Part shown: in pieces, positions 7,983 to 18,465 of the stretch
Layout: each line of letters starts with the position of its first letter
Position numbering within the stretch: position 1 is the first letter of the stretch
From: an uncultured delta proteobacterium
GTDB lineage: Bacteria > Desulfobacterota > BSN033 > UBA1163
DNA: 40,000 nucleotides
NCBI GenBank assembly: GCA_963826305.1
Contig: CAWGWZ010000004.1
Span: 123,030-163,029, forward strand
Reading direction: 5' to 3'
The notes under the pieces: model-generated
What the model was told of the DNA's origin: nothing
Database searches by the model: none
Seen by the model: only the letters and a program-made list of their open reading frames with translations
Position numbers and translations under genes: made by a program

Positions 7983-9092
7983 CTATTTCAAAATTCTTTC
8001 ATATACTTCTAAAAGCTTCTTGCTCTCATTTTCCCAATTGTATTCTTCCGCCACGGCTCTCCGGCCGTTTTCACCCATTCTTCTCGCCTCATCGGCATGA
8101 GCAATTATCCAACGAATCCCTTCAGCAATAGCGGAGGCATCCATTGGGTTAACGCAGATGCCGCATTGCTTACCTTCGATAATTTCCTTCCACCGCGGGA
8201 AGTCAGAAGCAATGACAGGAATGCCAGCAGACATATACTCGAATATTTTATTCGGTTGGGCATTAGTATGATTAGGCACACGATGAAACAAAACAAGCCC
8301 TGCCATAGACCTCGAGAGCATTCGAGCCACCTCTTTGCGGTTTAATTGACCCATCTCTTCAACGCTATTCCATCCACACATTGCTACCGCCTGACTACGT
8401 TGCTCAACGGGTGAAAATTCCCCGGCCAGTAAAAGCGCCGCGTCCGTTTGGCCAATTGCCTTAACCATCTCAAAGATGCCCCGTGTGTCACAAATTGCCC
8501 CAACATAGCTGACAGCGATCTCTCTTTTAGACCAGTTGGTATTCGGCAAACAGAGCTCGTCAAGAATCGGATAGTTGTTAATAGCGATAACCTTGCATCC
8601 GAGCCGGAGAAACTTGTCATATATAAATGGGGTAGCAGCCACAATGAAGTTCAATCGTTTAACAGTCCATTTTTCAAATATTTTGAACATCATAGAAACT
8701 ATACGCCTGCCTGTCGCTGGAATCCAGTCTTTTGTCAGTATGTCTTCTGGCACATCTTCGTGCACATCATAAATTACCCGACAGCCCTTCGATTTTAGCA
8801 GTATGCCAACCGGAATTAACTCAGGGTCATGGAAGTGATAAATATCGGCTCTTTGCTTTAAAGCGACTAGGAATATCCTAAAAGTTAGGCCGAGCATGCG
8901 GTGGATACGGTTTTTGGGCTTTGGTAGTCCAATGATTTGAATACCGTCAACTTTCTCATTCTTTTCGTGCTGTGCAATCAGAGTAACATCATATCCAGCC
9001 TGTGCAAGGCTTTTGCATTCTTTATGGAATATTCTGGTGTCAAAAGAAGGGTGTACCGTGCTTAAATGACAAACCTTGACTTTTTGGCTCAT
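7983..9092 (-). CDS. GT4-family (GT-B, Glycos_transf_1) glycosyltransferase
   Basis: 369 aa with N-terminal KVCHLSTVHPSFDTRIF and C-terminal NKIFEYMSAGIPVIASD (E..7E region). Confidence 0.9.
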   Translation of the reverse strand: MSQKVKVCHLSTVHPSFDTRIFHKECKSLAQAGYDVTLIAQHEKNEKVDGIQIIGLPKPKNRIHRMLGLTFRIFLVALKQRADIYHFHDPELIPVGILLKSKGCRVIYDVHEDVPEDILTKDWIPATGRRIVSMMFKIFEKWTVKRLNFIVAATPFIYDKFLRLGCKVIAINNYPILDELCLPNTNWSKREIAVSYVGAICDTRGIFEMVKAIGQTDAALLLAGEFSPVEQRSQAVAMCGWNSVEEMGQLNRKEVARMLSRSMAGLVLFHRVPNHTNAQPNKIFEYMSAGIPVIASDFPRWKEIIEGKQCGICVNPMDASAIAEGIRWIIAHADEARRMGENGRRAVAEEYNWENESKKLLEVYERILK

Positions 9093-9099
9093 TAGATTC

Positions 9100-11025
9100 C
9101 TAATTTTCTATGAAGTGCCGGAACCAGAAATCGAGCATGATAATCCGCGATATGTCTGAACTTAAATCGTATTTATTCCCCCAAAAACCATCAATCATAG
9201 TTTTGAGCTTTCTCGTATTAAATATGCCCCTCTGCCTGAAGTCTTGTGATTCGATAATCCCCATGATGTTATCTTTGTGGTAGCTGCGGAGCCAATTCTT
9301 TGTAGGTGTTGGAAATCCCATCTTATCGAATCTATTTAAAATCTTTTCGTGAACAATACTTTTCATTGCATTTCTCAAAATAACTTTTGTTACGCCGTTC
9401 TGAAATTTCAGAGAACTCGGCAAGGAGAAACAGAATTCAACAAGACGATAATCCAAAAAGGGCAATCTGCTTTCAAGTGAAAAAGCCATGCTGATCCTAT
9501 CTTCGTTTCTAAGAAGATGTGGAAGCATAAAGCTTTTCAACGCCTTGAGCATCACTTTTTTTGTAGGGTCAGGAAACGTACCGTCATCTGAGAAAATTTT
9601 AGTCTTAAAACCATCGCCGCAAGACCTAAAATCATCTGTGAAAATATTGTCACACTTAGTCTTAATATTCCTTCCTAATTGTATAGCGAGGAACGGGAAT
9701 ACCGCCCTGAAAACAAACAAGAGAGGATTTAAGGAGTTTATTTTTGCAAGTCTCAGCACATCCCTCAAAAACAGAAACGGAGATTTCATAAGGATTGAAT
9801 TCAGATACACATGCCAGAATAAAAGATATCCACCTAAAAGCTCATCGCCCCCTTGACCGTCAAGCAGTACCTTAACCTCAGGCCGTGCCAATCTCATAAC
9901 GTGCCACATTGAGTATACACCGCTATCTGAGGTCGGTTGGTCGAGGTGCCAAACAACCCTTTCCATGATGTCGAGGAAATCTTTGCCATCGGGGTTTGTC
10001 TTGAATGATTGCAGGCCACAGTCCCTTGCAACCGTGTCTATATATACTTCTTCGTCGATTCCCTTATCCTTGTAAAAAGATGAGAAAGCGGCGAGGCGTC
10101 TTCCCAGGAAAGATTTGAGTACATATACTATTGAACTTGAATCCAAGCCTCCTGAGAGGCAGACGCCAACGGGAACATCGCTCCTTAGCCGCAATCTGAC
10201 CGAATCTATAAAAAGGTCTTTAAAGGCGTCAGAAGGATCAAGGGTCTGATCATTTTGGGTGCTTTCGTTATTACATTCTACATCCCAGTATTTTACAAAT
10301 TTGAGATTATCCCCCTTTATAATCAGATGGTGCCCAGCAGGAACAGAGTAGACACCCTCGAAAAAGGTACGATCATTTGTATCCGGAGCCCCAAATTTGA
10401 GGAATTTATATATCTCTTTCATATTTGGGCTGAATCTTTCTGCTTTGGAGAGTACAAGCGACTTCATCTCGGATGCGAAGGAGAAAATCTGTTTTCCGCC
10501 TTTTTGGAAGGTGTAGTAAATTGGCTTCACTCCGAGCCTGTCCCTCGACAGAATCAGACGCCGTTCATTAGTATCCCAAAGTGCAAGGGCCCACATTCCG
10601 TTGAAAAGCTTAAAGCAATCGAGTCCCCATTGCTCATATGCATGAATTATCACCTCTGAATCTGTTTTGGACTTAAATATATGCCCCAACGATTTCAACT
10701 GGGGTGTGAGGTCCTGATAGTTGTAGATTTCGCCATTATAAATGAGCCAAACGGTGCCATTTTCGTTGCACATAGGCTGATGCCCGTCTTCAGAGAGGTC
10801 TATGATGCTCAATCTTCTGTGAGCAAAACCAAGATTGTAGACATCATCTCCGGATAACAGGTTACCGGTATTCTTAAAAGAAATATGGTTTCCCGTTTGA
10901 GTCTTGATGAGCACATATCCAAAATCGTCAGGACCGCGGTATGCAATAGAATCCGACATTGCCTTTAATTGAGAAATGTCTATCCTTTCACCCCTGGTGT
11001 TATATATCCCTGCTATCCCGCACAT
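9100..11025 (-). CDS. asnB: Asparagine synthase (glutamine-hydrolysing), polysaccharide-cluster paralog
   Basis: 641 aa with MCGIAGIY (Cys2 Ntn nucleophile), HRRLSIIDLS, and PP-loop VCLSGGLDSSSIV. Confidence 0.9.
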   Translation of the reverse strand: MCGIAGIYNTRGERIDISQLKAMSDSIAYRGPDDFGYVLIKTQTGNHISFKNTGNLLSGDDVYNLGFAHRRLSIIDLSEDGHQPMCNENGTVWLIYNGEIYNYQDLTPQLKSLGHIFKSKTDSEVIIHAYEQWGLDCFKLFNGMWALALWDTNERRLILSRDRLGVKPIYYTFQKGGKQIFSFASEMKSLVLSKAERFSPNMKEIYKFLKFGAPDTNDRTFFEGVYSVPAGHHLIIKGDNLKFVKYWDVECNNESTQNDQTLDPSDAFKDLFIDSVRLRLRSDVPVGVCLSGGLDSSSIVYVLKSFLGRRLAAFSSFYKDKGIDEEVYIDTVARDCGLQSFKTNPDGKDFLDIMERVVWHLDQPTSDSGVYSMWHVMRLARPEVKVLLDGQGGDELLGGYLLFWHVYLNSILMKSPFLFLRDVLRLAKINSLNPLLFVFRAVFPFLAIQLGRNIKTKCDNIFTDDFRSCGDGFKTKIFSDDGTFPDPTKKVMLKALKSFMLPHLLRNEDRISMAFSLESRLPFLDYRLVEFCFSLPSSLKFQNGVTKVILRNAMKSIVHEKILNRFDKMGFPTPTKNWLRSYHKDNIMGIIESQDFRQRGIFNTRKLKTMIDGFWGNKYDLSSDISRIIMLDFWFRHFIEN

Positions 11026-11095
11026 TACTGCTTACATCTATTTAACTACAGATTTTAATAATCCAATATCAGCAAGGTCTTGGTATTTGAACTCC

Positions 11096-12310
11096 TTAAG
11101 ATTCTGAATATTGATTTATGATTTCCCTATACAACTCCATATACTCCTCTGCATTTTTTGCCCATGTGAAATTATTCAAGACTTTCCCTCTTGCCCGTTT
11201 CCCCATCTCTCTGCACAAAAATGGGTTTGTAAGCAGCCTCTTCAATGCAGATTCTACTGAGGAAACATCTTTAGGTTCAACAAGCACCCCGTCATGTCCA
11301 TCCTCAATGACATCCTTTATCCCCTGTCCTTTGCAGCCGATCACAGGAAGCCCCACTGCCATAGCTTCAAGATAGACCACACCGAATGCCTCATCCCAGC
11401 TTGGCAGACAAAATATGTCTGCTTCTGCCAAGGCCTCAAAAACCCCATCCTGAGTTTTCATACCCAAAAATCTTACTATGTTTTCAAGCCCCTTCTCTTT
11501 CACCAGCCCCTCTAAAAATCTCCTGTTCTCACCGTCACCCACAATGATGTATTCGAGTTCTATCCCATTTTTAATTAAGTCGGGAAGGCTGCGAATTACA
11601 AACTCATGACCTTTTCTCTCCTCCAGATAACCTACGGAAATTATCTTAATTTTGCCCCCCGCTTCCCATGGGATTTTGTGCTTTACCTTATCTATTGGAA
11701 TTCCATTATTAATGAACGCAACCTTTTGTGGGGTCGGATAATATCTCATAATAATATTACTGACCATCGAGCTTACGCCAACTATTTTATCTGCTCCTCT
11801 GAAAACCTGCAGAATTGATTTTCTCAGTCTCTTGCTTCTCTCGATGGTGGGCTTGTGAGGCGCCGAGCTGCAAACGTCCAGCCCATGAATGGTTACAACA
11901 AGCGGAATCTTATATTTCATCTTTAACCTGAGCCCGGCAAAACCATCGGGATAAGCTGTATGGGCATGTATTAAGTCAAACTTGAAGTTATTGTAAATAT
12001 TATCGATAAGTGCCCTTACACAAAGGTACATAGACTCGCCTGAATAGGAACCGAGATAGGCTTTAGGTAATTCAACATATTTTGGATAGAAAACTTCGAT
12101 ACCATCCCGGATCTGTTTATGCGGGATTTCTGAATAGGCTCTCCATTTCTTAGTCATCCTATTCATTGGAAACGGCGACCAAGGTTTTGGTGAAACAAGT
12201 TTTACCTCAAGCCCCTGCCTTGCCAGTTCTTTCACCTGGTCATGAACGAACGGCGCCCCAATCTCATTATAAGTTGATGGGTACATATGTGAAATAACGA
12301 GAACTTTCAT
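11096..12310 (-). CDS. GT4-family glycosyltransferase
   Basis: 404 aa with MKVLVISHMYP.. and FCLPSWDEAFGVVYLEAMAVGLPVIGCKGQG. Confidence 0.9.
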   Translation of the reverse strand: MKVLVISHMYPSTYNEIGAPFVHDQVKELARQGLEVKLVSPKPWSPFPMNRMTKKWRAYSEIPHKQIRDGIEVFYPKYVELPKAYLGSYSGESMYLCVRALIDNIYNNFKFDLIHAHTAYPDGFAGLRLKMKYKIPLVVTIHGLDVCSSAPHKPTIERSKRLRKSILQVFRGADKIVGVSSMVSNIIMRYYPTPQKVAFINNGIPIDKVKHKIPWEAGGKIKIISVGYLEERKGHEFVIRSLPDLIKNGIELEYIIVGDGENRRFLEGLVKEKGLENIVRFLGMKTQDGVFEALAEADIFCLPSWDEAFGVVYLEAMAVGLPVIGCKGQGIKDVIEDGHDGVLVEPKDVSSVESALKRLLTNPFLCREMGKRARGKVLNNFTWAKNAEEYMELYREIINQYSES

Positions 12311-12357
12311 TTTGTTATAGCCTGATATTCTTAGCCCTTAGATGCTCTGGGCATTGG

Positions 12358-13053
12358 TCACTCTTTTTGAGCAACGAAACTGAACTGCGCGCAAAAACAC
12401 AATTTAATATGGTTAATCTGTTGAATCGTAAGGCCTTTGATTTTTCCAAATACGCCGATTGCCCTGTTAATGGGAGATTCTTTGTAATAGAACTGGCTAA
12501 GTAATTTGGGTTGCCTAAGACCGTCCTTTATGATGAGCGTCAGAGCATCTATACCGGGTCTCAATTCAATTACTCTCATACCTGTCTCTTCAATAAGGCA
12601 GGAAAATCCATAGGGGGTAAAATTCCAGACACTTTCAGAATGGTAAGGCTCAAGGTGGGAGGTAGATCCTATAAAAAACCCTCCAGGTTTCAGGACTCTA
12701 CAAACCTCCTTTAGAACTTCCCGCGGGTATCTAATGTGCTCAAAAGCTTGGTTGGTATATATTAAATCAAAGTACTCATTTTCAAATGGCATATTGATTC
12801 CATCGTATGCTACGCATTGCCCGCCTTGCCTTTTCACTCTTTCATTTACTTCTGTAGGTAATTTGATATCCAATCCGATCCAAATAATATCATTCTGTTT
12901 CTTTTGGAAATAGTCGATAGATCCACCAGCTCCACATCCTAAATCGAGTACAGTGTTAATAGACTTTAGTCCAAAGACATAATCTATACAATAGTATTTG
13001 TTTACTTGCTTTGCATGGTCATTTGGAATTCGTTCGCTAAGAAGTCGCCGCAT
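12358..13053 (-). CDS. Class I SAM-dependent methyltransferase
   Basis: 231 aa with VLDLGCGAGGSIDYF (motif I), FDLIYTNQAFEHI and LKPGGFFIGST. Confidence 0.85.
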   Translation of the reverse strand: MRRLLSERIPNDHAKQVNKYYCIDYVFGLKSINTVLDLGCGAGGSIDYFQKKQNDIIWIGLDIKLPTEVNERVKRQGGQCVAYDGINMPFENEYFDLIYTNQAFEHIRYPREVLKEVCRVLKPGGFFIGSTSHLEPYHSESVWNFTPYGFSCLIEETGMRVIELRPGIDALTLIIKDGLRQPKLLSQFYYKESPINRAIGVFGKIKGLTIQQINHIKLCFCAQFSFVAQKE

Positions 13054-13067
13054 ATAGACATCTCATT

Positions 13068-14306
13068 TCATTTACCACTGCGATGCTGGATCTTTCTTAA
13101 AGTTGCAAGCAACTCCTCGGAGATTTTATGCCAGTCATACCGCATTGCCGTTTTAAGAGAATTTCTTTTCAGTGTCGAAGACACGGACTCATCTTCGAGA
13201 ATCTTTTTCACCGCTCTTGCGAGTTCTTCCATATCTCCTTCGGGCACGAGCATCGAATCAAACCCCGAAGTCAAAAACTGGTTATAGGTCCTATTGTTCC
13301 AGGCCACAATGGGAGTACCTGCGGCAAGAGCTTCAAGCGTGGAATGCGGGATGCCGCCCATACCATAAGAAAGATGCAAACTCAGGTCTGCCTGATGATA
13401 AACAAATGGGATATCACTCTGCTCCCCAAGAAAGTATAACTTCTCCTCTGCCCCGTTATTCCGTATTCTCTCCAGGTAGACATCGTATCTGCCTTTCCCA
13501 ACCATGATGATTGCATACTTGCCGTCAAATATTTTGTCAAGAAAAAGGGGTAGATCAAAGATGAATTCGATACCCTTTTTCAAATGTAGGGTCCCGACAA
13601 ACAAGATAACTCTTACCCCCTCTTCCTTGAGTCTTTTTATAACGCCTTTGCCGTAATTCAATGGTCCTTCATTTGAGGTTTGATACCTTCTCAGGTCGAC
13701 ACCGTTGTTGATTATGTCTGTGTCTCTTCCGTACATGGACAGAATATATTCACGAGTGTCATTGCCATTAGAGAAAAGGTGCTGGGCATTTTTAACGAAA
13801 TACCTTTCAAGAGCAAAAAAAGCTCTTTTTAGGAATGGCGTAGTCTCTGTCGATTCATAGGCCGGCTTACCTTTCATCAGACAGATATCAATTATGTTTA
13901 GTCTTCTCTTTCGTAGTAAGAGTCCAGGCAAAGCCTCAAACGAGGGGTTTAGACTGAATATGATATCTCCCTCTCTGACCATTTCCTGCAACTTATAATA
14001 AACCTGAAGTGCAAAGACTAATGCCCTGACGTGATTTAGGGTGTAGTAGGACAATTTATTGGGTATCCTGAATAGGACGGAAGTACTATTTGCAAAACTG
14101 TATCTTGTAATATTGACCCCAATCTTTTGCAACCCCGTTACGTCATAAAACTCAACCCTTCTCGAAGGTCTCGTACAGTGTATATTGACATCGTAGTGAT
14201 TGCATAGTTCTTTGGCGATATTCACAAGCCAGTTATCCCTGCCGTTGGACACATACCCCAAGGGGGAGTCATCGATGAAATGGATAGTTTTTTTTTGACT
14301 ATTCAA
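13068..14306 (-). CDS. GT4-family glycosyltransferase
   Basis: 412 aa. C-terminal ADLSLHLSYGMGGIPHSTLEALAAGTPIVAWN fits the GT-B donor-binding region. 4-nt overlap with 14303..15799. Confidence 0.85.
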   Translation of the reverse strand: MNSQKKTIHFIDDSPLGYVSNGRDNWLVNIAKELCNHYDVNIHCTRPSRRVEFYDVTGLQKIGVNITRYSFANSTSVLFRIPNKLSYYTLNHVRALVFALQVYYKLQEMVREGDIIFSLNPSFEALPGLLLRKRRLNIIDICLMKGKPAYESTETTPFLKRAFFALERYFVKNAQHLFSNGNDTREYILSMYGRDTDIINNGVDLRRYQTSNEGPLNYGKGVIKRLKEEGVRVILFVGTLHLKKGIEFIFDLPLFLDKIFDGKYAIIMVGKGRYDVYLERIRNNGAEEKLYFLGEQSDIPFVYHQADLSLHLSYGMGGIPHSTLEALAAGTPIVAWNNRTYNQFLTSGFDSMLVPEGDMEELARAVKKILEDESVSSTLKRNSLKTAMRYDWHKISEELLATLRKIQHRSGK

Positions 14307-15799
14307 ATCTTTCGCCCTGCTATTTGGTATCTATAGTAGGAAAAACTTATTCCTACTAAAATAAATAGCAACGAATTCATAGAGAGATAATATAAGCCGT
14401 CGTAAAATAAGAAAGAGATCAAAATTGCTATGATAGCAGATGCAAGACTGACTTTTATGGGGTAGTACTCATCTGAGATATTCTTGACACTTTCGGATAA
14501 TACATTCTTTAACTTCTTTGAAATCATAAATATAGGAATTAGGGAGACAAGGCCCATGCCTGAAATCAAACTCAGATAAGCGTTATCAAGGGTGTCAGCG
14601 AGCGAAAAAACAGATGGTGCGGCGATACCATATGCATGTCGGAAGTTCACCGAGCCAAGCCCAATGCCGAAGAAGGGATTTAATTCAATAAACCTCATGA
14701 ATATCGGATAACCGTACAGCCTGTGTAAAATGCCCTGAAATGGCTCACTTCCCGAACCAGATAAGCGTTCGGAAGTGTATTCCCCGAGATAGCCCCAAAG
14801 CATGTAGATAATACTTCCCATGATAATGATGTAGACCACATTCCTAAATAGGCGGGGCTGTTTTCTCATGAAGAAAGCAAATAATGATAAGGCAACAAGA
14901 TAGCTTAACATACCGCCCCTTGTAAAGGTAAGCATCAATGCCAAGGAATTAATAAGAAAGGTCCCCAAAAATATATATCTGGTGTTCTTGTCGAGGTTTG
15001 CGATGCCGATTGAAAGAAGCGAACCAGTGCCGAACGCAGAAGCGGCAAATTCCGGGTTACCGAAAGTAGAAGTGATCCTATATGCCTTACTCTCCATTCC
15101 AAATAGATATATCCCTCTATAAGGTCTACTCCATTCAGCAAAATACGGCAATGAACCACAATAGTCGTGTATAGGATTCCCGCCTATTAAGTATTCGAAT
15201 ACGCCATATAAAGCGCAAATACCTATGACAAGGGTAAGGAATTTGACCATGGCAAGTTTGTTCGAATTCACAGTGCAAATATATGTAATGTAAAAAACGC
15301 ACATTGCTGGAAGAAAGGCCCTTGATGTCACTACGAAGAAGCTTTCCTCAGGGTCATATGCCTTAAATGAAGAGATACTTCCGAGTGCCAGAAATAACAT
15401 AAAGATTGTCAGCATTGGCAATTCCAACCGTTTTCCCCCTTGCCACTTCGACTTGATGAGCCTCGGTATTAGTAGAACAAACAGCAAGACTAAAAAAACC
15501 AAAACATGTTCACCAACCCTATATCCAAGAATGCCTCTTGAAGGGAGACCCCATGTTTGAAAAACGTTTGTACCTGAACTCTGCCATGGCACAAAGAAGA
15601 GGTAGCACATAATTCCACCCATGATAGCCTCATAGGTCTTCTTGAATGATATCAAAAGTGCTATAAGAATCAAAAAACTGCCTAAGACTGTAACCCTTAT
15701 ATTTCCAGTTGCTATACCGTAAGCCAGGAAAAATGCAAAAGCTACAGTCACTAAAGCTAGCAGCAGGGGCTTTCGAGAAACAAGAATACCGTTATGCAT
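14303..15799 (-). CDS. O-antigen polymerase/ligase family membrane protein (Wzy-like)
   Basis: 498 aa, hydrophobic throughout (at least 10 TM segments by eye). LTFTRGGMLSYLVALSLFAFF is typical of the Wzy_C/O-antigen ligase domain. Confidence 0.8.
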   Translation of the reverse strand: MHNGILVSRKPLLLALVTVAFAFFLAYGIATGNIRVTVLGSFLILIALLISFKKTYEAIMGGIMCYLFFVPWQSSGTNVFQTWGLPSRGILGYRVGEHVLVFLVLLFVLLIPRLIKSKWQGGKRLELPMLTIFMLFLALGSISSFKAYDPEESFFVVTSRAFLPAMCVFYITYICTVNSNKLAMVKFLTLVIGICALYGVFEYLIGGNPIHDYCGSLPYFAEWSRPYRGIYLFGMESKAYRITSTFGNPEFAASAFGTGSLLSIGIANLDKNTRYIFLGTFLINSLALMLTFTRGGMLSYLVALSLFAFFMRKQPRLFRNVVYIIIMGSIIYMLWGYLGEYTSERLSGSGSEPFQGILHRLYGYPIFMRFIELNPFFGIGLGSVNFRHAYGIAAPSVFSLADTLDNAYLSLISGMGLVSLIPIFMISKKLKNVLSESVKNISDEYYPIKVSLASAIIAILISFLFYDGLYYLSMNSLLFILVGISFSYYRYQIAGRKI

Positions 15800-15808
15800 T
15801 TACTACCC

Positions 15809-16756
15809 TTATTTCCCAGGTCTCAACCGTTCAAGCGAGTTAATCATAAGAAATGCTTCTTTGTCTGTCAGTTTAAATTGTTTTTTTACCTTAATACATT
15901 TCATGTATAAATATGGACAGCTTAGAATTGTTCTTAAGTATTGGCAGCTCAAAGCAGGTGGACTACTTAGGGCCACCCTTAACAGTCTATAAGGAATAAG
16001 CATCAGATGGAATAAAATAAATCGCGTGTCTGTTATGTTCTTCCATGTAAACAAGAGAGTATTTTTCAAGAAGATTTTATCTATTTCGATGCTTCTGTAA
16101 TGCTTCCCAAATGTTTCTCTCCCCTTGTGATATACAACACTCTCAGGGCAATAGATTACTTTATAACCTGCTTTCCACGCTCTGTAGGAAATATCAATAT
16201 CTTCAAGATAACCGGGGTTGAAAAGTTCATCGTACCCGCCCATTTCCACAAACTTTTTCCGATCGTACGCCGCAGCGCCGCCGGATGCAAAAAGAGTATA
16301 GCAGGGGTATTGAATGTTCAAATCATACCAAGAATTATAAGTAAATTTTTTAAATGAAACGAACCTCTTCCCTGTTTGAAGATTTTTACCCTCCCAATCG
16401 TAGATCTTTGATGTTACGGCAAAAACTCGGCTGTCGTCAAAGTAATCCAATAACGGAGTAATAAACCCGATGTCCACCCTGAGATCGTTATTGAGAAAAA
16501 TGAAGTAATCCCTTCCACTTCTAACCACTTCTTCATTGACAGAGAAGAGAAAGTCATTTTCCCCCTTTTCTATTATTCTCACTCCGGGGTAGTTGTCTCT
16601 TAAAAACTCGACGCTGCCATCAGTGCTTGCGTTATCTATGACTATTATCTCGTCTATGTTTCCACGAGCCTCGACGGCTCGGATTACAGACGTGAGACAA
16701 TCTCCAAGCAGATGTTTCCCATTGTAGTTCAGAATGTATATATCACAATTTCTCAC
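15809..16756 (-). CDS. GT2-family glycosyltransferase
   Basis: 315 aa with DIYILNYNGKHLL, VIDNASTDGS, FLNNDL and GGAAAYDRKKF. Confidence 0.9.
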   Translation of the reverse strand: MRNCDIYILNYNGKHLLGDCLTSVIRAVEARGNIDEIIVIDNASTDGSVEFLRDNYPGVRIIEKGENDFLFSVNEEVVRSGRDYFIFLNNDLRVDIGFITPLLDYFDDSRVFAVTSKIYDWEGKNLQTGKRFVSFKKFTYNSWYDLNIQYPCYTLFASGGAAAYDRKKFVEMGGYDELFNPGYLEDIDISYRAWKAGYKVIYCPESVVYHKGRETFGKHYRSIEIDKIFLKNTLLFTWKNITDTRFILFHLMLIPYRLLRVALSSPPALSCQYLRTILSCPYLYMKCIKVKKQFKLTDKEAFLMINSLERLRPGK

Positions 16757-16818
16757 AAATATTTGGATCCTGCAACTTTTTTATTCTCGAAAACGATTAC
16801 CCGCCGGCATTAGCTCGG

Positions 16819-18354
16819 TTACTTGTTCATCACAAACCCATACAATTTCTTGACCTCAAGAAAGGAGATAAAATCTTTCTTAAGAATCCAGAAGAGGTAT
16901 ACGGAGAGAAAAATGGTAGCATTAAGCGCTGTGAGACCGGCGTAATGGATTCTGCCCTGTAAATGTACGGCGTTGGACAGGAGGGTATTAGATGCCAAAG
17001 TTAAAATTCCAAGCGCGAAGCTGATACCAAGAGGAATCTGGAGGGTTTCCTTGAAAAAAGGCCAGACGGGTTTCTTGAAAACCTCTTTATAAAGTACAAA
17101 AAAGAAATAAATAGAACAGATGGTCATGGAAAACGACGTGGCCAGAATGGCACCCAAGAGACCATAACTTATTACAAGCACAAGACTTAACACAGAGTTT
17201 AAGACTGCAAGCAAGGAGGTGTACTTGGTCTCCAGCTCAGGCCTTCCGATGCCTCTTACAATTGATGTTCCGGGGCCGGTCAGGACGTTTATTGCGAAAC
17301 CAACGGAAAGGAAACAAAGAACCATTACTGACTTTTCATACCCGGGCCCCATCCAGAGTCTAATTAAGTTATTTGAGTTGGCAAGAACAAAGAAGCACAA
17401 CGGCACCGCGAGAATAGAAACATATTTTGAGCTCTTTATAAAAAGCTTGTATAAAGTTTCTTTATCATCGAGGCTGTCAAGCTCTGAAGCTGCAGGGAGT
17501 AATGCAGGCAACAAGATCATTGGGACTCGCCGCGTTGTGCGAGCAAGACTGGCACCCACATCATAATAGCCTACCAGTGCGGCATTCAGAAAATGACCTA
17601 TGTATATCTTGTCAATCTGCATAGTTATGAAAGAGGCGATCTTTGTTATTTGCAGTTTTGTCCCGTAAGCTAACATTTTTCTGAAGGAATCATAATTAAA
17701 TTTCAGAGGATTTATCTTTAACGCCGGGAGCAATCTATACGAATAAAAGGCCTTTCCTGCGACAGAAAAAAGTGAATAGGCGGCGGTGCTAAAGACAAGA
17801 CCCCGCAGACCGTAGCCCAGTTCAAGGAAGACGACTGTAGCAAGGGCGTTGATGATTGCGGAGACAACATCAATGGAATTCAACACCCCGAGTCGCTGCA
17901 TTCCATATAAAAGGCCGTTGAATATCCCAGAAACAAATAAGAATATGAAAATCATAATTGCCCAGGTAAGAACGAAGTAAGCTTCTTGCATGTAAATCTG
18001 GTTGAATTTGAAAAAGCCCAAGACCTGACTCCTTAAAAGAAGTGCAGATGAAAACATGAGACCGATGAATATGCTGAAAGTGAACCCCGAGCTTATTATC
18101 CTGTTGAGCTCTTCCATTGAACCTTTGGCAATATATTCGGCGACGAATTTTGTATAAATATCCCCGATTCCGAAATCGAGAAGCGCAATGAAACCGATTA
18201 CGGAGTAAGCAAGTGCCCAGATTCCATATCTTTCTATACCTGTTTTCGATATAATATAGGGAACGAGAAGAAAATTAATGAGCATTATGGAAATCTGCCC
18301 AATCCCTGCAAAGAAAGTATTTCTCGTGACCTTTTTTTGAATCTGAAACGTCAT
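16819..18354 (-). CDS. Polysaccharide flippase (MOP superfamily, Wzx-like)
   Basis: 511 aa polytopic membrane protein with the typical Wzx N-terminus (KVTRNTFFAGIGQISIMLINFLLVPYIISKTG..YGIWAL) and about 12-14 hydrophobic segments. Confidence 0.85.
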   Translation of the reverse strand: MTFQIQKKVTRNTFFAGIGQISIMLINFLLVPYIISKTGIERYGIWALAYSVIGFIALLDFGIGDIYTKFVAEYIAKGSMEELNRIISSGFTFSIFIGLMFSSALLLRSQVLGFFKFNQIYMQEAYFVLTWAIMIFIFLFVSGIFNGLLYGMQRLGVLNSIDVVSAIINALATVVFLELGYGLRGLVFSTAAYSLFSVAGKAFYSYRLLPALKINPLKFNYDSFRKMLAYGTKLQITKIASFITMQIDKIYIGHFLNAALVGYYDVGASLARTTRRVPMILLPALLPAASELDSLDDKETLYKLFIKSSKYVSILAVPLCFFVLANSNNLIRLWMGPGYEKSVMVLCFLSVGFAINVLTGPGTSIVRGIGRPELETKYTSLLAVLNSVLSLVLVISYGLLGAILATSFSMTICSIYFFFVLYKEVFKKPVWPFFKETLQIPLGISFALGILTLASNTLLSNAVHLQGRIHYAGLTALNATIFLSVYLFWILKKDFISFLEVKKLYGFVMNK

Positions 18355-18465
18355 CTGAGTAAAATGCTCAAAGCGTAAAACAAGTTTCTTCCAAATAATA
18401 TTTTCGCTTATTGTAACTAATACTGTACCTAAGGTAACTTGTCCATGTCAATGTATTTGCGGACG